The notes beneath the pieces were generated by a model. The model was not told the origin of the DNA, made no database searches, and saw only the letters and a program-made list of their open reading frames with translations. Positions 13,111 to 23,100 of a stretch of 64,000 nucleotides of DNA are shown here, piece by piece. Position numbers and translations under genes: made by a program. Position 1 is the first letter of the stretch. Every line of letters begins with the position of its first letter. This DNA is from Octopus bimaculoides (lineage: Eukaryota): contig NC_068982.1 in the NCBI RefSeq assembly GCF_001194135.2, positions 11,048,099 to 11,112,098 of the forward strand. The letters are read 5' to 3'.

Positions 13111-14164
13111 TTATCATAATATTTGCCCTGTTTAAAATTAAACTACGTGTTACATAGATATACAACGGCATTTATCATAATACTGGAAAACGTAGGTTGA
13201 AGAAAGTTACTTTACGTTTAATATTTATGTTAAACGTTCAAACAGATACATTGTATATAGGAAACGAACTCAAAAATAAGTAGAAATAGAAATATATTTA
13301 AATCTCTTCTCTTGGTTCATCAGTTATAAAATTTCCTCATATTTGAGAATTTCTTGATCCTAGCGTAGTTGCGCGTCTTCGGATGATTTGTTTATTTTCG
13401 TTACAACTACGAAACCTCTAATGCTATTTATAACTCTGAGAACTGCTTTAATTTTATGCAGTTCCTTAAACCAATTAAGGAACGAATGCGTGTGTGCGCA
13501 CGAATTGCTTCATTAATCAACAATAACTTAGGCTTAACGTCCAAACCATGAATATTTTCATCCCAGTAAAATAAAGAAGACTGGCAAACACTTCTTCTTC
13601 GTTTAATACGAAGGTGCTTCTAAAAGAAAGCACTATCTGTCCTACCCTTTAAGACAGAGGAATTCTCTCTCTCCCTCATTTTCTTTCTTTCCCTCTCTCT
13701 CCATCTCTTTCTCTCTCTCCCTCACCGTTGCTTTATCCCTTACATTGAATAAGGCACAACTGTACGAAAAACAGAACCAATGTTTTCTGTCAAGAGGGAC
13801 CTGCCTCATGTATCTCCTCTTCGCTGTTACTGAAGAGCAGATAACCACTCCGAAATGCATGCACCCAACAGTCTGATTGGGAAACGCGATGAACTGACTA
13901 CTCACAGTGTTTATATTTTTGTGTTTACAGCGATAACATTTTCTTGCAGCATATTTGATCTGATAACAATTTCGCATTATATTTTTAATATCAACTTCGA
14001 GGCATTAAAACATTGCAATATTAGACTAATTGAAAAATTACTTCGGCAAACAATTAGCAAAGTTTTTTAAATTATGTTCTAATACTCATAAAAAATTAAT
14101 ATATTGCCAACGCGCGCGATGTGTGTGTGTGTACCGTTAGTAAAAGAACAAAACCCCAATAACT

Positions 14165-14316
14165 TCACTACGCAACTGGTACTTAATTTATCGATCCATA
14201 AAGGATGAAAAGCAAAGTCGACCTCGGCGAAATTTGAACTTAGAACGTAACGGCAGACGAAATACCGCTAAGCATTTCGCCCTGTATGCTAAGGATTCTG
14301 CCAGATCACTGCCTTA
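14165..14316 (-). mobile_element. SINE family A
   Basis: Reverse-complement body and head ending GCCTTA. Confidence 0.85.
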
Positions 14317-14554
14317 CTACCACTCAGTATTACGCTTCAATCAAATGGTCATAGTAAATGTTCATCTTTTAGAAGATGGAATTACTTTAGCCATACAAAG
14401 GTTGCTCTGGACTCATTTAATCTACATTGCCACAGGCAACAATAACATTTTCATAATGTAAAATCTATTAAAAGCCATGTCCCTATATACAGATTAAGAG
14501 GCAGTCAAAAGTTCGTCTTTCTCTAAAAATGTTTCTACTGCAATTACTTTACCA

Positions 14555-14739
14555 CTCATTAGTGGTTTCAAATTTTGTCACAGGAGAGGGGCTAAGTCGA
14601 TTACATTGACCCCAGTGCTCTACTAGTACTTGTTTTATCGACCCCGAAAAGATGAAAGGCAAAGTCGACCTTGGTGGAATTTGAACTCAGAAAGTAATGA
14701 CGAACGAAATGACGCTAAGCATTTTACCCGTGCTAACGA
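14555..14739 (-). mobile_element. SINE family A lacking its first ~20 nt (TTTGAAACCA tail type)
   Basis: Reverse-complement body; its 5' end stops at TCGTTAGCA, where the next copy's tail is joined. Confidence 0.85.
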
Positions 14740-14955
14740 TTCTTTTCTACTCTAAGCACAAGGTCCGACATTTTGGGGAGGGTACCAGTCGATTAGATCG
14801 ACCCCAGTACGCAGCGGGCACTTAATTTATCGATCCATAAAGGATGAAAGGCAAAATCGATCTCGGCAGAATTTGAACTCAGAACGTAAAGACAGACGAA
14901 ATACCGCTAAGCATTTCGCCCGGTGTGCTAGCGTTTCTGCTAGATCGTTGCCTTA
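14740..14955 (-). mobile_element. SINE family A (tail type ...CTTAGAGTAGAAAAGAA)
   Basis: Full reverse-complement copy. Confidence 0.85.
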
Positions 14956-14982
14956 CTACCACTCAGTATTACGTTTCAATCA

Positions 14983-15200
14983 AGGTGGTAAGCTGGCAGA
15001 ATCGATAGCACGCCGGGCAAAAATGTTTTGAGCCGTTTCGTCCGTCCTTTCATCCTGAGTTCAGATTCCACCAAGGCCGATTTTGCTTTTCATCTTTTTG
15101 GTGTCGATAAAATAAATAACAGTTGAGCACAGTGACCGAGGTAATCGACTTACCCATCCCCCAAAACTGCTGACCTTGCGCCGAAATTTGAAACCAATTT
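14983..15200 (+). mobile_element. SINE family A
   Basis: AGGTGGTAAGCTGGCAGAATCG head to AATTTGAAACCAA tail; divergently oriented to the previous copy. Confidence 0.85.
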
Positions 15201-15510
15201 TACATCTCCATGTTGATTTTCACTTTCTTTATTCGAACTTCCATTTCCATCTTCTGAAACATTACTTCTTATCACTCTTTCGCACCTGTCTTATTTTACT
15301 CTATTTACTTCTCATAACATTATATTATTTTATCATTATATTACTACATTATATTATTACACTATTGTATTATCATAGGCTGCTTTATCATCATATATAA
15401 TTTATTTCATCGTTATATGCTTATATTTTTATGTTATATTATGTTTATATTATTACGTTATAGTATTTTATATTATATTATTTTCGCTGTCCCAAAAGCC
15501 ATATCTTAAC

Positions 15511-15650
15511 GACACCTCAGCCAATCACATTGCATAATTTGCTCTCTATTTTATGGCCATGATTCATCTAACATCTCAACCAATCACACCACTTAATTCG
15601 CTTTCTGGTTTGTGAATCATGACTCACCACACGTCTCAACTAATCGCACT
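15511..15650 (+). repeat. Degenerate ~60-bp minisatellite carrying CCAATCA and ATGA(T/C)TCA
   Basis: CCAATCA at 15521 and 15580, CTAATCG at 15640; ATGATTCA at 15559, ATGACTCA at 15619. Confidence 0.75.
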
Positions 15651-15838
15651 GTGAGCCGATAAGACAGTCTCGACCTGCTCGCTTGATCTGTTAGAAATAA
15701 CAGCCAAATCTCTTTCAAAACGCACCCCACCCATGCAGAAAAGAATGAGCAATGTAGACAATAGAATTCTAGATACGCAAAAAGGCACAACAGTTACAGT
15801 TAAAAAGCCTTTGATCATAGATCCGTTCGATCAGTACA
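15651..15838 (+). mobile_element. Unclassified short interspersed repeat (family D) interrupting the minisatellite
   Basis: AGAAATAACAGCCAAATCTCTTTCAAA core shared with copies near 27720 (reverse), 29600 and 51118. Confidence 0.6.
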
Positions 15839-16265
15839 GCAACCAATCATAGTGCATAATTCACTCGCTGCTTTATAGTCTCAATCAATCACAACTTATT
15901 ATATATCACTACGCCAATAGCTCTTCCTGGTTTTTATAATACCCTTTTGTGGTTTCTATTTTAATAATTTTTGTTCGGTTTGTCTATTTTATTTTTATAT
16001 TTTTGTTTACCAGTTTTTATTCCAACAAAAGCTACAACTCGCCGGAGTTATCCTCAGTCGCTTGATGAACGGAAACAAGAGACTCTGAATGATAACTCAC
16101 AAGAGTTCAGTCGAATAAATCTTGTTTCAACCTACTTCATACTCAGTACTTCTCTCGTTAAATAGTACACCCATTTCTGTAGCATTTGGTACATTATACT
16201 GCTCGTTGAACTGAATTTTTGGGCAAGCTGCCTCTATAGCAAGCTAGCTAAACCAGGATAATTTA

Positions 16266-16313
16266 CACGATTAACGTTTCGACGATAAACACATCCAGCC
16301 TCAGCAGAATGCG
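16266..16313 (-). ncRNA. Decayed minimal type I hammerhead ribozyme motif (A6C)
   Basis: Minus strand: CGCATT-CTGCTGA-GGC(TG)GATGTGTTTATCGTC-GAA-ACGT-T-AATCGTG. Confidence 0.5.
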
Positions 16314-16829
16314 CTCTTGTTTCAACAACACAGCGAGCGATACAGTATAAATTTGAAATGGGAACTTCAATCATAATGAAACTTGCATTGGTCGATTACA
16401 CAACCGTGGATGCCTCCTCTATGGATGCGTTTCAGTAACTCTCTTGTGAGAACTTGAGAACTTGGTGATTCTGGCCGTTCTAGGATTCCTCTGTTCATCA
16501 CCAATTTAAGAAGCACCGTTAACACAGTTTAACTCTTCCGCTGCCTCTTCATAATCTGCTGCGCTTCAGTTCCATGACTTCGCCGTATCCCTTGCAAGGT
16601 GGCTGAACGGCTACTATGCCTTGTCAAAGGGTAGCCCTTAACTATGAAAAGCACAGTCGTCATTCTGTGAGGTATTTTCAAAATACCCGCATATCCAACG
16701 GGTATTTTGACATAACATTATACAAGTTTGATTTTATATTATTATCTTATATCATTGTATGATATTCATACATTATGATTACACTATTTCATAAAATTGA
16801 AAATAGTTACATCTAAAAGAAGGCACTGC

Positions 16830-17132
16830 GAAGCCCATGGCCTAGTGGTTTGAGCAGCGAACTTGCGGTCGAAGGATCGCAGGTTCGAATCTCAGACAGA
16901 GCGATGTGCGTGTTTATGAGCGAAACACCTAAGCTCCACGCGGCTCCGGCAGAAGGCAATGGCGAACTTCTGCTGACTCTTTCGCCACAATTTGTTCTCA
17001 CTCTTTCCTCCTGCATCTAGCAGCTCACCTGCGACGGACCGACGTCCCGTCCAGGTAGGAAACCTATACGCCAATGAAACCAGGAAAACGGCCCTTATGA
17101 GCCAAGCATGGCTCTAGAAGGAACAAACAAAA
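16830..17132 (+). mobile_element. SINE with family-C head and a different 3' tail
   Basis: Head and body match 11246-11635; tail CAGCTCACCTGCGACGGACC...GAAACCAGG...TATGAGCC...GGAACAAACAA is unrelated to that copy's tail. Confidence 0.85.
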
Positions 17133-17239
17133 GACACTTCCCCTTCGTTTTTTTTCTCGAAGAATGAAGCTGGTCATGGGAAGTTCATGTTACCAGATGA
17201 TATCTAATGTTCATTGGAATTTTTGACTATAAATCGTAA

Positions 17240-17740
17240 CACCCTCCACTGCCGACCCATTGGAAGTGGTGGTTAAATCCATACCCACCTCTTCCTCCTG
17301 GCTTCCAGCTTAGCTCTTCCACTTTCTTGCTCATAACAGACGATAGACTTTTCCTGCTGCCTCCTTAATCCTGCGAGCGCTGTCTTTTCCTGTTTTCCTG
17401 TCATTCCACTGACTGTAAGAATTCTGCATAACAGTTCAGCCAACCTTAACTAGAAACAACTATACCTGCCAACCTTTCTCCGTTCAATCTTGTAAAAGAT
17501 TCTCGAATTTAACGCGCTTTCATTGAAAGACTTCATCAAACACTTTCCACGAGACAGTATATTCGGCCAAGACGATCTTCATTTTTTTCATATCACATTC
17601 GTTCTCAGGTTGGTTTGTTGGTCTAGGGTAACTAAAGCATTCCTCATAGATTTACTTTCATACCCCATAATTATTCTCTTGGCAGTGGTTGACGGTTTTT
17701 CTCTCTGCCTTGATTGCTAGAGTCGGTTTCAACTGAGTTC
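17240..17740 (-). mobile_element. Hero-like (restriction-like endonuclease, R2 group) non-LTR retrotransposon 3' remnant
   Basis: Manual translation with frameshifts: QTNLRTNVI*..MKIVLAEYTVSWKVFDEVFQ*KRVKFENLLQD*TEKGWQV*LFLVKVG..GMTGKQEKT; matches TNLRPDIVLW..KKIVL.ELTVPWE...AFERKR.KY..L...C.E.GW....PVEVG. Confidence 0.75.
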
Positions 17741-17954
17741 AGGATTCCATGCGCTTCTCATGCAATAATGAGTTAATGAGTGTCATGTTTGGTTAATAAG
17801 TTAGACAATTAGAGAAATAGTTTGTATTCAGAGATTCTTCTTATAAGGGAGTTTGTTGGTTGGCTACATAGCTTACAGTACGATATCATCATTATATTAT
17901 TATGTCAATATATTTATATAATACATTATCTTTGCTCCCGGTTTTATGGGTTCT

Positions 17955-18310
17955 AACTTACCACACATCTCGTCCAATATATAATTCACTCCCCGTTTCA
18001 TAGTCATGATTCACTTCACATCTCAGCCAATCCTATCATATTTTATTATCGCACTGCTTTATAAGCCTTCTTAACCAATCAACCTACAAGATTCTTTCTG
18101 TTTTATTGGCCATGATTCACCACACATCACAACCAATCACACAGTTCATTCTCTGTTTTATCGGCAGTAACTTACAACACCACTCAACCGACCAAACCAC
18201 GTTATTTAAAATCTGTTTTCTGGACAACAACGTTCCACCCATCTCACTCAATTAAGCTACATAATTCGTATTTCGTTCGTAATGACTCACCGCGCGTCTC
18301 AATCAATCAA
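17955..18310 (+). repeat. Second array of the CCAAT/ATGA(T/C)TCA minisatellite
   Basis: CCAAT at 17974, 18027, 18075, 18133; ATGATTCA at 18006 and 18112; ATGACTCA at 18282. Confidence 0.75.
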
Positions 18311-18675
18311 AACTTACTCGGAAGTTCCGTAACCCTAACCATTCCGTTATTCTCTCTTACAAACACTATCACTTCAATACACTACATCTTTTTTTGTGGC
18401 TTCTAAATTTTATGGCATTTGTCTGGGGGGGGGGGGGTTAAAGAATTTTTTCTTCATCTTTTTTTAATGAGAGTTTCGAACATTCAACCAATAATTACAA
18501 ACCGACAAAAAAAAATAATCAGCACCAGTCCGACATGCGCAATTGGGTGACTTCGAAGAGCGAACACTAAGATTTCATCTCTGTATAAATCTTATCACAG
18601 TCTACTGCAATTTATTGAGAACCTTTTAGCTAAATTACATACGCATTCTTATAGTTTTGTTTTATTCGTTATATA

Positions 18676-19412
18676 CAGGGTTGTCCAAAAGTCACTGAGG
18701 GGTTTTGATTTTTAATAACTCCGTTATTTTTACAAATAGGTGTATGAAATTTTAATTCAATATAGAGGAAATAATGGAGATTAATTTGCATTAGTCATTT
18801 TTCATCATACATCCGTATTGTGCATGAAAAATGACATCTTTTAAATGGCATTCATTTTCAGCTTCACCCATCCGTGTCCTTTCCAAAACCTTCTCCTTGA
18901 GGTACCTTCACGAGTCAGTGCTGGTCAAGTCAGTTGACATTGCAGTAACGAGAAGCTTTTCTTTCTCCAAAATATTGCCTCAGAAACTGTATTGTCTCTC
19001 TTGCGGTATGAGCAGTTACCTCACCTTGCTGAAACTACATATCGGGCCTATTTTGAATGGCCGGGTGCAAAGCGTTCTCAATCATGGACCTCTACCGCTC
19101 ACCAGTCGCAGTGACAGCATTCCCATCATCGTCCTCAAAGAAATAAAACCCGATTATTTCATCCACTGTAAGTACACACCATATTGTATACTTTGTGGGG
19201 TGTGATTCTCTTTGGTGCTTTCTGGGTTTGAATAATTGACTCCTGATTTTGATAGAACAATTTCACCACTTGGATGCGTTGTGCGGTGCCATATTTTCCC
19301 ATAATCAATTTCCAGGGCCTAGTCCATAAAATCTCTGAAGAGAAAAAAAAGGGTAAAAAAATAAAAGAATTATCAAAGATTGCAACCTTTCAGTGACTTT
19401 GGGGCCACCATA
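18676..19412 (-). mobile_element. Internally deleted Tc1/mariner, rosa (DD41D)-like, with TIRs and TA duplication
   Basis: TA-CAGGGTTGTCCAAAAGTCACTGA versus TCAGTGACTTTGGGGCCACCATA-TA; minus translation MGKYGTAQRIQVVKLFYQNQESIIQTQ, then HPTKYTIWC..IIGFYFFEDDDGNAVTATGER*RSMI..FQQGEVTAHTARETIQFLRQYFGER. Confidence 0.85.
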
Positions 19413-19420
19413 TACAAACT

Positions 19421-19786
19421 TGGGCACAGAGATGACTGTGTTATAAAGAGTTTGCTTCTCAACGACATGGTTTCAGGTTCAGTTCCATTACGTGGTACCC
19501 CAAGCAAGTGACTTCTAGTAGAGTCTTTGGGTGATCAAAGACGGAAACTGGATAAAACCCGTTGTACATGTGAGTGTGCGTTTGTGTTTGTCCTTCGCCT
19601 CCCTTTGACAACTGGTGTTTATTTGTTTTCATTTCTGTAACTTAAGATTCCACAAAAGAAACCGATAATATAAGTACCGAGCTTTAAAAACAAAAAACAA
19701 GTATTGTGATCGATTTTTTCGACTAAAACCCTTCAAGGCGATACCCCTAGCATGGCCGCATTCCAGTGACTGAAACAAGTGAAAGG
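19421..19786 (+). mobile_element. tRNA-derived SINE family E with internal (GT) tract, decayed full length
   Basis: Head ...GGTTCAGTTCC...CAAGCAAGTG; 3' half TTGACAACTGGTGTT...AGCATGGCCGC...GACTGAAACAAGT shared with other E copies. Confidence 0.8.
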
Positions 19787-19899
19787 TACATAGATACATA
19801 GATATATACATATGTACTTGTGTATGTATATACATAAATACAGACAGACAGATAGGTAGATAGATACATATATGCAAACATACTTTTTTGCTTACTTAC

Positions 19900-20418
<519 letters not shown>

Positions 20419-20691
20419 CAGTCCATGAAAACGTACTCATTGTTAAGTAGAAGAGAACTGCATTTATTCAAACCCGACTGTGTGAATCGGTAATTTTTAG
20501 AGTTTCTCATGTTTTATCCTTTGGCGACTAAATTTGTGAAATTGTAAGCGTCTTTATATAAACATATCGATTATTGAAATTCGATCTGATGATACTGAAA
20601 AACAACTTAGGCAGTGCTAAATGGCTGCATGCGTGGGCGAGTGAGTGAGAAAGAAGAAGACGAAAGAAAATAGAAGAAGAAGTAAAACGGA

Positions 20692-20750
20692 ATGAAGAAG
20701 AAGAAGAAGAAGAAGAAGAAGAAGAAGAAGAAGAAGAAGAAGAAGAAGAA
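20692..20750. repeat. (GAA)n microsatellite
   Basis: Read directly. Confidence 0.95.
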
Positions 20751-21937
20751 AATGTAAAAAGTGACGGGGGTAGATCTGAAGGATCGTCGATGTCTTTGAA
20801 CTGACAAGAGAAAACCAGAAGTAGTTTAGTGAAGTGTGAAGATTTGGGGGTTTTATGATTTGTTTACTTGGCTCTTTTTTGAAGATGGCGCGTGTCTTCT
20901 GTTTTGATTAATTCCTTATTTTAAAAACAAGTGGGAGAACGCCTGAAGTTGGATTTGATTTTCTTTTTTTTTTGTTTTGTTTAATTTTTATTTCTATGCT
21001 CAAAATTTTTGCATCGTAGCATACGTACACATACATACATACTCGAAGCGACAAGTCGTGTATTTGGCGTGGGAGACTATTTATCGAAAATACGATGAAT
21101 ACTATCTCCAACTTCGGAGCCACAACTATCAGCCTTGTTAAATAACTGGTTAATCTTCAGATAAATTAACTGAGAGAGCCTTTTATTCAAGACAGTAGTG
21201 ATTTTCGACTGAAACTTGAATTTAGCATGCAGAGAGTTACTACAAACAACATGGCTGGACATAATGATTTAAGATAATAGCCTGCTAATAGTTTCTTGCC
21301 ATTAAATAGCTCTTATTTTAATACAGTGTACATTAAATAATATTTATCTCTCTCTAGATGGAGTAATTTTTTTGCTGATCTTAAGTAATTTTTGTCATCA
21401 GCATGTAAAGCTACATCATTGTACAGACTTTGAAGAGATTCTGACGGTTATTTCAGAAAATTCCGATGTTTGGAAAGAACTTCAAAAGTTCTTTGTATGT
21501 ATGTAAATATGTGTGTCTGTGTGTATGTGTGCGTGTGTGTGCGTGCGTGCGTGCGTGCGTGTGTGCCATAGTTTCGCTAATTGTTTTAAGTGTCTATGTA
21601 GCCGCGATCAAACATACAAACCGTCTCAGCTTCCTTTACTTTAAGTGAACAAAACTCTTAGGATCTGACGGTTGGGGGGTAAGAGAGCATGCACCAGCAC
21701 ACAATTGGTGCTCAATATCGGCTGAGCAGATACGAGTAATATAGAGGAAAAAATACCTTGCTCAAGGACACAACGAGCTACTCGGTCCAGGAAGTGAACC
21801 CTCGATACGTGAGACCAACACCCTAAAACATTACGCCAAGCGACTTCATAAATAAGGGCACGTGTGTACACACGCATACATAAACTCACTCATATATACT
21901 TATACATATATATATATATGTTTGCATCTATGTATGT

Positions 21938-22260
21938 GAAGGCACATGGCTCAGTGGTTAGAGAGTCGAACTTACGACCGTGAGGTTGTGAGTTCGAATC
22001 CCGGACCGGGCTGCGTGTTATGTTCTTGAGTAAGACACTTTATTTTACGTTGCTCCAGTTTACTCAGCTGAAGAAATGAGTTGCTACGTCACAGGTACCA
22101 CGCTGTATCGGCCCCTTTGCCTTTCCCTTGGATAACACTGGTGGCGTGGAGAGGGGAGGCTGGTATGCATGGGCGACTGCTGGTCTTCCATAAATAACCT
22201 TGCCTGGACTTGTGCCTCGGAGGGTAATTTTCTAGGTTCAATCCCAGAAGGGGGTCTCTG
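21938..22260 (+). mobile_element. tRNA-derived SINE family B (CORE-like), full length
   Basis: A-box TGGCTCAGTGG and B-box GTTCGAATCC, then GTGTTCTTGAGTAAGACACTT...CTCAGCTGAAGAAATGAG resembling the CORE domain. CORE-type tRNA SINEs are known in octopus, but I cannot assign the published name. Confidence 0.9.
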
Positions 22261-22409
22261 ATATGTATGTATGTATGTATGCTTATGTGCATCTATATGT
22301 GGGAGCGTTATTATTGTTGCAGTTATGTGTCTCAGAATTTAATTATACGGTTACAATGTTGAACAAGATGAAAGACAAAAGTAAAGTGGATTGCTTGTAT
22401 CGGTTTCAT

Positions 22410-22590
22410 ATTTTGGCACAAGGTCAACAATTTGGGTACATCGATTATATAGACCCCAGTGCTCAGCTGGTACTTATTTTATCGACCCCCAAAAGGATGA
22501 AAGGTAAGGTCGACCACTGCGGAGCTGGAACTCAGAATGTAAACATGGACGAAAATACTGCTAATTATTTTACCTGTTGTGCTAACGATT
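22410..22590 (-). mobile_element. SINE family A
   Basis: GGTACTTATTTTATCGACCCC...GGATGAAAGG...GAACTCAGAA...TGCTAACGATT. Confidence 0.8.
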
Positions 22591-22841
22591 AAAAGGACAG
22601 ACGACAGTCATGACGATGCAAATGATACGAACTGGCATCAACATACGTGATTTTGAGGCTTCTTTAGATAAATGCTATCACTGACACACCTATTCGTGAA
22701 CTCTAGAATCAGCTGCAGCTTTGACTCAGCGAATTTCCTAGCGTGGTGGCAGTGAAAATCAGTTTACATTTTTGTAAAAAGATAAATGGTTCGTTCGTTA
22801 TAATAAAACTACTTTCATCAACATGAAAAAAAATTGTCGCA

Positions 22842-23100
22842 TCAACAGGCCCTGCCCTATTTAACATCGTCCCAAAACAGATCAAAGAGGAAAAGGATCC
22901 CAACACCTTTAAAAGGAATCTGGAGAAATTTCTTCAAGGAATACCAGATAAGCCACCTATACCTGAATACAACTCACTAAACAAGAACTCCCTACTCGAG
23001 TGGACCATTATACCACAAAACTTGACTTAAAAAGGATTTAGATAATCCTATCAGGTGTTGCTTTTAAGTTAGACATGGCCTGGACCAATCTTTGGTTACG
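22842..23100 (+). mobile_element. CR1/L2-group LINE 3' end (ORF2 C-terminus plus 3' UTR)
   Basis: 22842-23030 translates STGPALFNIVPKQIKEEKDPNTFKRNLEKFLQGIPDKPPIPEYNSLNKNSLLEWTIIPQNLT*, matching the GP.LFN.LP..I......FK..L..FL..IPD.P...Y....NSL..W pattern. Confidence 0.8.

Noticed and set aside
13820-13872. CTGAAGA...CCGAAATGCATG hammerhead-like motif with palindromic ATGCAT
   Set aside because: Position 17 is G (not cleavable) and stems I and II do not pair in register; at most a relic.
18328-18338. TAACCCTAACC telomere-like motif
   Set aside because: Fewer than two units, so chance level.
21938-22010. tRNA-like heads with A and B boxes
   Set aside because: They continue into SINE bodies and lack a complete acceptor stem, so they are not tRNA genes.
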